Part shown: in pieces, positions 1 to 8,099 of the stretch
Layout: the number at the start of each line of letters is the position of its first letter
How positions within the stretch are numbered: the first letter of the stretch is position 1
IMG/VR virus record: IMGVR_UViG_3300020045_001198
Coordinates: 1 to 40,794 of that record
Origin: a virus
Taxonomy: Duplodnaviria > Caudoviricetes
Reading direction: 5' to 3' (one strand)
DNA length: 40,794 nucleotides
Program-made: the position numbers and the translations under genes
Notes under the pieces: generated by a model
What the model was told of the DNA's origin: nothing
Databases searched by the model: none
Seen by the model: only the letters and a program-made list of their open reading frames with translations

Positions 1-161
1 CTAATTTATATGGATGTTCCTGTTATGTTCAGTCGATAGGGGGGGGGGGCATGAAGCGTGAGGGTGTTGGTACGTAGAGAGAGGCCACTCTCACAATATT
101 AAAAAAAATTTGAATCATCACCTCTAAAATCGATTTTAAAGCCCGCTGAGACGTAGACAAT

Positions 162-189
162 AAAAAAGGCCCCCAGACACCTGGAGACC
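162..189 (-). terminator. Rho-independent terminator (leftward)
   Basis: Minus strand GGTCTCCAG-GTGT-CTGGGGGCC-TTTTTT: 9-bp stem with 2 G-U pairs followed by U6. Confidence 0.8.
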
Positions 190-331
190 TCTTAACCCGT
201 CTGTACGGGGCTTATTTCGCAATCTACGGCATATTGACAACCAATAAGGCCTCCCGAAGGTCGGCCCCCTCATTCATACGAGAGAGTTCACCCTTCAGAA
301 GGCCTTACAAAGACGTAGGATCACCTCCTTT

Positions 332-358
332 CTACGTACGAGACACAGAAACAATCAT
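332..358 (-). CDS. Mini-ORF MIVSVSRT (8 aa), possible leader peptide
   Basis: Very strong SD AGAAAGGAGG-GATC-ATG; the TAG stop overlaps a second, longer SD. Confidence 0.35.
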   Translation of the reverse strand: MIVSVSRT

Positions 359-401
359 GATCCCTCCTTTCTCTACAAAATCCGTGGTGTAGTATTCTAA
401 A

Positions 402-466
402 AATTATCTAGAAACTATCTAGATTATAACAGTTAATATTATTAATTGTTATATCTCTAGATAATT
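402..466. repeat. AT-rich nested inverted repeats
   Basis: AATTATCTAGA (402-412)/TCTAGATAATT (456-466) perfect IR enclosing a 14-bp IR 425-438/440-453 with one mismatch. Confidence 0.75.
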
Positions 467-503
467 CCTTATATAATATCTTATATATCTTCCTTGTATG
501 AAT

Positions 504-532
504 ATTTTATCATATTTTGAGGGAAATGTCAA
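504..532 (-). promoter_or_regulatory. Sigma70-type promoter, leftward
   Basis: TTGACA (532-527) - 17 bp - TAAAAT (509-504) with extended -10 TGn. Confidence 0.8.
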
Positions 533-590
533 GACAAAAATTACAAAATCATAAAAAATTATAAATTTCCCCTTCTTTGTACGATTTCTC

Positions 591-619
591 TTGACTTCTC
601 GTACGAAATATGGTATAAT
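591..619 (+). promoter_or_regulatory. Sigma70-type promoter for the packaging/virion arm
   Basis: TTGACT (591-596) - 17 bp - TATAAT (614-619) with extended -10 TGn. Confidence 0.85.
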
Positions 620-640
620 ATATGTAGAAGGCAGAGTTTC

Positions 641-979
641 GTGAGAAAAGATTCGTTCGATCCTAGGAAAATAGACGTAGAGGACCAACGCTCCTCCGTC
701 TTGTCGTACCTGATGGACTACCTCGACAAGTCCAGGAAGGGTCTTTCAATCATAGACGACATCCCCGATGTCATGGGGGAGTATCCTTCCTCCCCTCCTA
801 CCGATAACATCTCAGACACCCTATACAAGATGCTCGAATCTGCTGACACTGCCTTCCGTCGCAGGAACTTCCAGAAGAAGGAAGGAATATCAGACTTCCA
901 CGGCAACGTTTACAAAACCCTAGACGATTACATCATGAATCGTCGCCAATACCAGAGATCAAGAATAGATGGTCGATAA
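641..979 (+). CDS. Hypothetical protein (112 aa)
   Basis: GTG start just downstream of the promoter; stop overlaps terS start. Confidence 0.7.
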   Translation: MRKDSFDPRKIDVEDQRSSVLSYLMDYLDKSRKGLSIIDDIPDVMGEYPSSPPTDNISDTLYKMLESADTAFRRRNFQKKEGISDFHGNVYKTLDDYIMNRRQYQRSRIDGR

Positions 980-1535
980 AACTCCGAAACGAATCATCAA
1001 GAAGTGGGCGGATAGGAAGAACTGCGTCAAGCAGAACGTCCAGGCAGCCCTCGACGCGAACGACATGGACGCTTTAGAAGAGGCCATGCCCCCTCTCCAG
1101 ATGGCTTTCTGCCAGGAGTACATCAAAGACTTCAACGGATCAGCCGCCTGTGTACGGGCCGGTTCTACTTGCGCGACACCTGAAAGAATGGCTTACCAAT
1201 GGCTCGCCAATCCGGGAGTTAAAGCTGTCATCGCCCATCTCCTTGAAGAGCGTACGCAGAGGATGAAGATCGACCAAGGATACGTCATCCAGAAGCTCGT
1301 TCGTACGGTAGAGAAAGCTGAACTAGACAACAACCTCGCTTCGGTCCTTCGTGGCATCGAACTCCTCGCTAAACACCTCGGTATGTTCTCAGATAAGATC
1401 GAACTCACCGGTAAGGACGGCGAAGCCATCCAGATCGAAAAGGTACAAGAAGATGCAGAATCTCTCACCCGCGCAATCGCTGGCCTCGCTAAGCGAAGCG
1501 GAGAGGGAAGAGTGGCTGAGGACACTAAGCACTGA
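969..1535 (+). CDS. terS: Terminase small subunit
   Basis: FCQEYIKDFNGSAACVRAG HTH-like N-terminus; ELLAKHLGMF and ELTGKDG motifs; upstream of TerL. Confidence 0.9.
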   Translation: MVDKTPKRIIKKWADRKNCVKQNVQAALDANDMDALEEAMPPLQMAFCQEYIKDFNGSAACVRAGSTCATPERMAYQWLANPGVKAVIAHLLEERTQRMKIDQGYVIQKLVRTVEKAELDNNLASVLRGIELLAKHLGMFSDKIELTGKDGEAIQIEKVQEDAESLTRAIAGLAKRSGEGRVAEDTKH

Positions 1536-2862
1536 ACAACAAGCCGCCCTTCGATGGAAGTGGTCTTTCTGGGCACGTCCCAATCAAGTTCAGCCTGAAG
1601 GGGACTGGTCGACTTGGCTCATCCTCGCAGGACGAGGCTTCGGCAAAACAAGATGCGGCGCAGAAACAATCAGAGACTGGGTATGTGGAGACACACCCCT
1701 TTCGCCAGGGAAATGTTCCCGTATCGCACTTGTGGCTGAGACTGCCGCCGACGCGAAGAACGTCATGGTCGAAGGGGAGTCAGGACTCCTCGCAGTACAT
1801 TCTGCTGACTTCCGCCCAATATATCAAGTTTCAAACAGAAGGGTTACTTGGCCTAACGGCGCTATAGCAACTCTCTACAACGCTACCGAACCAGATCAGC
1901 TCCGTGGTCCTCAACATGACGGCGCATGGTGTGACGAACTCGCGAAGTGGCAGTACTGTCAAGAGACGTGGGATCAGCTCCAATTCGGTCTCCGGCTAGG
2001 GGACAATCCACGGTCGATAGTCACTACCACTCCTAGGCCTCTTCCTCTTCTTCGTAAGATGCTGTCCGATCCTAGGATTGCAGTAACCCGTGGTTCGACA
2101 TTCGATAACGCAGACAACATGCCGATGTCGTTCCTTCGAGAGATCGAAGACAAGTATGGCGGGACGAGGTTAGGTCGCCAGGAACTCGAAGGTGAACTCC
2201 TCGAAGATATCCCTGGCGCTCTCTGGACACGTTCTAGCATCGATGATAACCGACTCAGGAAGGTCCCAGACCTTGAGAGGATCTTCGTCGCTGTCGATCC
2301 CGCCACGTCATCCCACGAAGGTTCAGACGAAACAGGTATCGTCGTTGTTGGCTACGCCCGAGATGAAGACGGCTACGCCAGAGGTTACGTCCTCGCAGAC
2401 GGAAGTCTCAAGGGTACTCCCGAAGAGTGGGCTAGGAAGGCCGTCTCTCTTTACAGAGAGTTCAACGCAGACAAGATCATAGCGGAGAAGAACCAAGGTG
2501 GCCAGATGGTGGAAAGCGTTCTTAAGTCGGTTGATCGGGCCGTCCCTGTTGAACTCGTCCACGCCTCTCGCGGAAAGTACATCCGGGCAGAGCCGATATC
2601 TGCCTTGTACGAACAGGGGCGGGTACACCACTGCGGCAGGTTCGACAAGCTCGAAGATCAGATGTGTTTCTTCTCCATCGACAACCTCCGTGACACGAAT
2701 AATGGTTCGCCGGACAGAGTCGATGCCCTCGTCTGGGGACTGACAAAGATCTTCGATAAGATCACAGGACGTCGTCGGCTTACTGAGAACTCCCCCGACT
2801 ACCAGAACGTTCCGACAGAATACGACGCGTTAGAGAACGTACCCACTAGATGGATGGCTTAA
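1453..2862 (+). CDS. terL: Terminase large subunit
   Basis: Walker A LAGRGFGKT, LRGPQHDGAWCDE Walker B, VAVDP and SPDRVDALVW nuclease motifs; ATG 1453 preferred over GTG 1351. Confidence 0.95.
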   Translation: MQNLSPAQSLASLSEAEREEWLRTLSTEQQAALRWKWSFWARPNQVQPEGDWSTWLILAGRGFGKTRCGAETIRDWVCGDTPLSPGKCSRIALVAETAADAKNVMVEGESGLLAVHSADFRPIYQVSNRRVTWPNGAIATLYNATEPDQLRGPQHDGAWCDELAKWQYCQETWDQLQFGLRLGDNPRSIVTTTPRPLPLLRKMLSDPRIAVTRGSTFDNADNMPMSFLREIEDKYGGTRLGRQELEGELLEDIPGALWTRSSIDDNRLRKVPDLERIFVAVDPATSSHEGSDETGIVVVGYARDEDGYARGYVLADGSLKGTPEEWARKAVSLYREFNADKIIAEKNQGGQMVESVLKSVDRAVPVELVHASRGKYIRAEPISALYEQGRVHHCGRFDKLEDQMCFFSIDNLRDTNNGSPDRVDALVWGLTKIFDKITGRRRLTENSPDYQNVPTEYDALENVPTRWMA

Positions 2863-4985
2863 TGAAAGATGACAAGGACTTCAAAGTCAGGACGATTTCT
2901 GACTACGAAGACGACGTAAAGAAAGATTACGTCCCTGAAGGCTTTGAAGATGTCGAATCCTTCCTCAAGGATATGAGGGAGGACTACCAGACGTGTCAGA
3001 ACTCTGACGAAGCTAATCGTCGTGAGGCCGTGTCAGATAAGAAGTTTGCAGTAGGTGAGCAGTGGGATCCGGCAGTCCTCTCTATCCGTAAGGACCTTCC
3101 CTGTCTAGTAATCAATTCGATTCCACAGTTCACTGCCCAGCTCGTAGGTGACTGGCGACAATCTCGGAATGCCATCAAAGTTCTTCCGAATGAGAACGGC
3201 GATGTAGCAGTAGCTTCTCTCCGCGCCGACCTTATCCGAAGCATCGAATACAAGTCCCGTGCAGATCGGGTGTACGACTCGGCCTTCGAATCACAGGTCA
3301 TCTGTGGTGACGGAGCGTTCCGTATCGCTGTCGAGTACGCAAGAGACGACGTCTTCGATCAAGACATCTTCGTACGTCCAGTAGACGACGCGTTGTCTGT
3401 CACTTGGGACAACCTCTCCATCGACCCTACAGGCCGTGACGCAAGGAAGTGCTGGGTCGAGGATAAGATCCCTCGGAAGGAACACAAAGATAAGTGGCCT
3501 GACGCCGATCCTTCTACGCTGGGTTCTTCGACACAAAAGACTATGATGACGAGCGGCTGGTACGACGACCAGACAGTCCGCGTTGTAGAGTACTGGCGAA
3601 TGATCGAGAGGAAGCGCCTCCTCGGTCTCTTCGAAGATGGTTCGACACATGTCCTTGAAGGTGACACCCTTGACGATCTGATCGAGAAGCATGGTAATCC
3701 TGTCAAGACTAGGACAGCCCCTTGCTTGTACGCGCAGATGCATCTAGTGACCGGCTGGAAGATCCTCGCTGGTCCGTACGAGTACAAGCTGAATCGTCTT
3801 CCTATCATCCGTATGATGGGTCGAGTAGTCAACATCGAAGGTGAACGGATTCGTTACGGTCTCGTTCGTTTCATGAAGGACTCTGTCCGTCTCAGGAACT
3901 TCTGGAGGTCTGTCGCTGCCGAGCAGCTTGGCTATGCCCCGAAGGCCCAATGGATTGCCCCTGAATCTGCCGTAGCAGGCCGCGAGAGCGCGTTCAGGAA
4001 GGCCCACCTATCTAGAGACCCCCTCCTCGTTTATAACGACGACGCGACGTCCCCTCCCGAGCGTATCGATCCTCCCGCGATGCAGACAGCCCTCCTACAA
4101 GAGGCGCAGATCAACACTCAGGATATGAAGGACGTCACGGGGATACATGACGCATCCCTCGGTATTAAGAGTAATGAGACTTCTGGTCGAGCTATCATGG
4201 CCCGTCAGAAGGAGGGTGACGTAGCTAGTATTACTTTCTACGACAACGGTAACGCCGCCCTTCTAGAAGCCGGTGACGTCATTAACCAGTTGATCCCACA
4301 GATCTACGATGGTACGAGAATCGTACGGCTCGTAGGTGAAGACGAAGCGATTAAGCTTCAGAAGATCAATGATCCTTCAGACCCTGAGAGTCCCAATCTC
4401 TCTGTAGGGAACTACGACGTCCTCCTGTCGACTGGTGCGAGCTATACCACCCGTCGAGCAGAAGCCGCAGACGCTATGATGCAGGCCGTTCAGGTCTATC
4501 CTGAGATTATGCAACTCGCAGGCGATCTGGTAATCAAGGCCCAGGACTGGCCTGGTGCTGAAGAGCTTTCCGCTCGTATCAAGAAGACTATTCCTTCTCA
4601 GCTTCTGTCTCCTGAAGAGATGAAGCAGATCGAGGCTGAGGGTGGTCAGGCTGGTATTGATCCTCAGCAAGCAGCTATGGCTCAGGAGCAGATGCAGGAG
4701 ATGCAACAGCAGCTTCAGCAGTTGTCTCAAGAGAACCACGACCTGAAGCAGAAGCACGACATCGATCTTGAGAAGCTCGAAATCGAACGTTACAACGCAG
4801 AGACTCAGCGTATCCGAGCACTGTCAGACAACATGGTTGATGACACACAGCTCGAACAGAACGCCATAGCAGAAATCCTACAACATTCTCGTGAAGAAGC
4901 CGCTCGCGAACAAGAGATGGAAAAGCACGAGAAAGAAATGCAGGCTAGCGCAACAGCGACAGCCGCTCCCACCGAACAGGGTTAA
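2862..4985 (+). CDS. P22-like portal protein
   Basis: GEQW, PCLVIN, SGRAIMARQ motifs; Q-rich C-terminal coiled coil; TAATG coupling to terL (alternative start 2850). Confidence 0.9.
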   Translation: MKDDKDFKVRTISDYEDDVKKDYVPEGFEDVESFLKDMREDYQTCQNSDEANRREAVSDKKFAVGEQWDPAVLSIRKDLPCLVINSIPQFTAQLVGDWRQSRNAIKVLPNENGDVAVASLRADLIRSIEYKSRADRVYDSAFESQVICGDGAFRIAVEYARDDVFDQDIFVRPVDDALSVTWDNLSIDPTGRDARKCWVEDKIPRKEHKDKWPDADPSTLGSSTQKTMMTSGWYDDQTVRVVEYWRMIERKRLLGLFEDGSTHVLEGDTLDDLIEKHGNPVKTRTAPCLYAQMHLVTGWKILAGPYEYKLNRLPIIRMMGRVVNIEGERIRYGLVRFMKDSVRLRNFWRSVAAEQLGYAPKAQWIAPESAVAGRESAFRKAHLSRDPLLVYNDDATSPPERIDPPAMQTALLQEAQINTQDMKDVTGIHDASLGIKSNETSGRAIMARQKEGDVASITFYDNGNAALLEAGDVINQLIPQIYDGTRIVRLVGEDEAIKLQKINDPSDPESPNLSVGNYDVLLSTGASYTTRRAEAADAMMQAVQVYPEIMQLAGDLVIKAQDWPGAEELSARIKKTIPSQLLSPEEMKQIEAEGGQAGIDPQQAAMAQEQMQEMQQQLQQLSQENHDLKQKHDIDLEKLEIERYNAETQRIRALSDNMVDDTQLEQNAIAEILQHSREEAAREQEMEKHEKEMQASATATAAPTEQG

Positions 4986-5039
4986 TCTCCGTAAGGAGAA
5001 GGTTCACTCGGGCTTAGAGAGTTACAGCCTCTCTCTAAG
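4986..5039 (+). promoter_or_regulatory. Two hairpins in the scaffold gene leader
   Basis: TCTCC-GTAA-GGAGA (GNRA loop, 4986-4999) and CTTAGAGAG/CTCTCTAAG (5013-5039); no U-tract. Confidence 0.5.
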
Positions 5040-5075
5040 GGTACCTGCAAGAAAAGGCATCGGCAAGGACCGCTC

Positions 5076-6071
5076 ATGACTGATAAAACCGTCGCTCCGG
5101 ACACTGACAACCTCGGTGACTTCAAAGAGTTGTTTCACGGCAAGGCCAACGAAGCCCCTCCTGTAGAACAGGACGTGGTAGAAGACACTCCCGAAGACGA
5201 GGTAGAAGAAACGGAAGACACCGAGGATGATACCCTCGCACCGGTAGATGAAGCTGAAGATGAACCAGAGCCTGAAGAGGTCTCTGACAAGCCGAAGAAG
5301 AAAACTGCCCAAGAACGTATCAATGATATGCGGGCAAAGCTCGGGGAAACCGAACGGGCGGCAGCGGCTGAGAAGGCCGCTTACGAACTCCGTCAACGGG
5401 ATCTTGAAGCGAAGCTCGCCGAGACATTGGCAAAACTTGAAAAGCCCAAATCAGAACCAGAAGCTAAGGCCCCGGTCTCAGCAGAAAGTCCTGATCCTAA
5501 TGCGACTAACGAAGACGGTACAGATAAATACCCCCTCGGAGAGTTCGATCCGCAATACCTGAAAGATGTGGTGAGGTTCACCCTCGATCAGGAAACGGAA
5601 GCACGGCGAGCTGAAGAAGCTTCTCGTATCGAACAGCAGAAAGCTGAGGAATCTGTCACCGCCCTACAGACGAATTGGGAGACCAAACTCCAAGACGTAG
5701 AAAAGGAAATCCCTGACCTCCGTACGAAAAGCGTCGATCTCGTGAATGAGTTTTCATCTCTAGAGCCCGAATACGCGGAGTATCTTGCGACTACTTTAAT
5801 GCAGATGGATTCCGGTCCTCAGGTTATGTACTACCTGTCTCAACACCTTGACGAGGCGAAGCAGATCGTCTCTAAAGGACCTGTCGGTGCTACTATTGCA
5901 CTTGGTCGACTGGAGGCTCAGTTCTCTGCGAAGACCGAAAAACCTAAACCCGTCGTATCGTCGGCACCAGAACCTATCGAGACGCGCACTCGTGGCGCAG
6001 GAGGGAAGTTCGATACTGCTCCAGATACGGATGACCTAAAAGCGTTCAAGCAGATATTCTACAAGAGGTAG
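5076..6071 (+). CDS. Scaffolding protein
   Basis: Acidic N-terminus, QERIN coiled coil, GPQVMYYL...IALGRLEA and SSAPEPI motifs; lies between portal and coat. Confidence 0.85.
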   Translation: MTDKTVAPDTDNLGDFKELFHGKANEAPPVEQDVVEDTPEDEVEETEDTEDDTLAPVDEAEDEPEPEEVSDKPKKKTAQERINDMRAKLGETERAAAAEKAAYELRQRDLEAKLAETLAKLEKPKSEPEAKAPVSAESPDPNATNEDGTDKYPLGEFDPQYLKDVVRFTLDQETEARRAEEASRIEQQKAEESVTALQTNWETKLQDVEKEIPDLRTKSVDLVNEFSSLEPEYAEYLATTLMQMDSGPQVMYYLSQHLDEAKQIVSKGPVGATIALGRLEAQFSAKTEKPKPVVSSAPEPIETRTRGAGGKFDTAPDTDDLKAFKQIFYKR

Positions 6072-6106
6072 AAGAGACTGCAAACGCATAAAAAGAAAGA
6101 AAGAAA

Positions 6107-7411
6107 ATGGCTACTATTACTGTTGACCAACAGAAGTTGGTTATGAATGCGTTTGCAGCGCAGTTCGAGAATAACCTCGTTACGACTGAGTGCGTAACCT
6201 GGAAGCAGTTCGACGGTGAAATGGACGACCGTAATGGTCTTACCGTTTCTGAACAGGTCGGTCCCCGGTACTCTGTCACTACCACGACTTCAGGTGTTAA
6301 AGACCTGACGGCCGGTGTACAGGGTTCGGTGTTCGGTTCTGAACAGTTCACCGTTAATAAGACGTTCGGTACCAGCATGGGTTGGGCAGATTTCGTGAAG
6401 ATTCGCGACATCGGTTCTGCTCGTGAATCGGTGGCACTGAAGAACGCCGCCACCAACCTCTCCGAAGCTATTGACAGTTATATCTTCGGTGTGATGCAGA
6501 AGGCCAGCAATAACTGGCTCGGCACTCCCGCCAACGGTGTCTCGGCTTGGGCTGATGTCATGCAGGGTTATACCCGCCTGAAGAACGAAGGTGCTTCTGA
6601 TTCTGATCTTCGTGCAGTTCTTACGTACGACGACCAGCAGGCTCTTGGTTCGGCAGTCCTCGGATATGCCGCTCCTGACGGGATGGTGACTGACACGTAC
6701 CGTAAGGGCTTCCAGGGTCAGATCGGTGGTATCCCGCTGTTGTTCACGCAGCAGCTTCCGGTACTTACCGCTGGTACCCGAGTAGCCTCTGGTGCTGCTC
6801 AGGTCGATGGTGCTGCCGAGAACGTCAACTACGCCGACGTCGCCGTCTCCGGTGCTGCCGGTCGGTACATGTCTCAGGTGATCTCGATTAAGAACCTCAC
6901 CGGTACTAAGACGATTGAAGCTGGTGCGGTATTCACTATCGCGGATGTCTACGCTTACGACAACCGTGCTCAGGTGACTACGACTCGTCTCCAGCAGTTT
7001 ACGGTTATCGATGCAGTCACTTCTGCTTCGGGTATCGTAGATGCACGTATCTTCCCGGCGATTATCGTTCCGGGTTCGGGTTCGGGCGACAACGTCTTGA
7101 TCAACACCGCCCATGCCACCGTAGGTACTATCCCGGCTGACTCTGCCGCGATCACCTTCATCGGTACGGCCAGCACTGCATACCGCCCTCGCGTTCTCCT
7201 TGAGAAGCAGGCGATTGTGGTCAACACTGCATCGTTGATCAAACCGGCAACTGGTATCTCTAGCTCGATCTCGCTAGAGAATGTCCCTCTGTCGGTTCGT
7301 ATGTGGCAGCACAGTGACTTCGCGACGGGTGCTCATAGCGTCCGCTTCGACGTTGCCCTCACTGCTAACATCCGTGATCGTCGTCGGATCATCCGCATCA
7401 ACGGCGCGTAA
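6107..7411 (+). CDS. Major capsid protein (P22 coat-like)
   Basis: 434 aa after scaffold; GAVFTIADVYA...LQQFTV and VRFDV features of the P22 gp5 family; followed by a terminator. Confidence 0.9.
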   Translation: MATITVDQQKLVMNAFAAQFENNLVTTECVTWKQFDGEMDDRNGLTVSEQVGPRYSVTTTTSGVKDLTAGVQGSVFGSEQFTVNKTFGTSMGWADFVKIRDIGSARESVALKNAATNLSEAIDSYIFGVMQKASNNWLGTPANGVSAWADVMQGYTRLKNEGASDSDLRAVLTYDDQQALGSAVLGYAAPDGMVTDTYRKGFQGQIGGIPLLFTQQLPVLTAGTRVASGAAQVDGAAENVNYADVAVSGAAGRYMSQVISIKNLTGTKTIEAGAVFTIADVYAYDNRAQVTTTRLQQFTVIDAVTSASGIVDARIFPAIIVPGSGSGDNVLINTAHATVGTIPADSAAITFIGTASTAYRPRVLLEKQAIVVNTASLIKPATGISSSISLENVPLSVRMWQHSDFATGAHSVRFDVALTANIRDRRRIIRINGA

Positions 7412-7417
7412 TACCCT

Positions 7418-7458
7418 GGGGAGGCTTCTGGCAATAGCTGGAGGTCTCCCCTCTTTTT
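7418..7458 (+). terminator. Rho-independent terminator after the capsid gene
   Basis: GGGGAGGCTTCTGGC-AATA-GCTGGAGGTCTCCCC then TCTTTTT. Confidence 0.85.
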
Positions 7459-7469
7459 GAGGATTAGTA

Positions 7470-8099
7470 ATGGCTATTTCAACTGTAGATTTTTATGTTA
7501 AGGCGACTGACGGTTGGACTCTGGTCGCTACCAGTCCGACAGCTCTTACGGTTAAGCCGTCTGAGTTCCATCCTTGGTACGTCGCGTTGACTGCTTCAGG
7601 GGCTCCTGCTACAGGGACTCAGGCTACTGGTACGTTGACATTGGCGGGTAACGCCATAGCAGACGAAACAGTTACTGTCGGTGCCACCGTCTTCACATGG
7701 AAGGCATCCGCCGCAAGCTCTACGGAAGTTACTATCGGAGCTAGCGCGTCTGACAGCATCGACGCTCTGATTGCAAAGATCAACGCACACCCGACCGCCT
7801 CTCTAGTAGTAACCGCTTCGGCAGGTTCTGGTGACACTATGGTAGTCACTGCTTCTGCGACGGGTACAGCAGGCACGGGCGTTGTAACGACTGAAACCAT
7901 GACTGACGGTTCGTGGGGTTCTGGTGCTACCGCAGGAGGTGTTAACGCTGTCGAAGGTCTTGGAATGAGCAAGGACGACAACAACCGATTCGAAAGTTTT
8001 GAAACCGGCGCTGTGACAGGTAATGTCTACATCCGTGTAAAACGAGACAAGAACGGGGACAGTCGCGGGTATCACTTCGGCGTTATCAGGGACCAGTAA
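7470..8099 (+). CDS. Putative virion structural/decoration protein with an inserted Ala/Thr/Gly-rich domain
   Basis: GAGG SD; position after coat; beta-rich; internal domain resembles the insert in 9586..10845. Confidence 0.7.
   Translation: MAISTVDFYVKATDGWTLVATSPTALTVKPSEFHPWYVALTASGAPATGTQATGTLTLAGNAIADETVTVGATVFTWKASAASSTEVTIGASASDSIDALIAKINAHPTASLVVTASAGSGDTMVVTASATGTAGTGVVTTETMTDGSWGSGATAGGVNAVEGLGMSKDDNNRFESFETGAVTGNVYIRVKRDKNGDSRGYHFGVIRDQ

Larger units (their letters stand above)
162..497 (-). ncRNA. Candidate structured small RNA carrying a 16-nt complement of the 16S rRNA 3' end
   Basis: Bounded by promoter 504-532 and terminator 162-189; long hairpin 245-307 with five G-U pairs on the minus strand only; AGAAAGGAGGTGATCC at 333-318; no long ORF. 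Confidence 0.55.

Noticed and set aside
234-262. TTGACA on + strand as a promoter
   Set aside because: No -10-like hexamer at 16-18 bp spacing.
318-334. 16S rRNA gene fragment
   Set aside because: Match is limited to the terminal 16-17 nt; flanks show no rRNA helix 45 or ITS sequence, so it is treated as a motif, not an rRNA gene.
449-688. 79-aa minus-strand ORF
   Set aside because: Runs across both divergent promoters in AT-rich DNA with low-complexity I/Y/F composition; likely spurious.
1351-1452. GTG start of terL at 1351
   Set aside because: Would add 34 aa of S/K-rich sequence deep inside terS; ATG 1453 is more plausible.
6290-7114. 274-aa antisense ORF in the capsid gene
   Set aside because: Shadow ORF from codon bias of the capsid gene; no motifs recognised.
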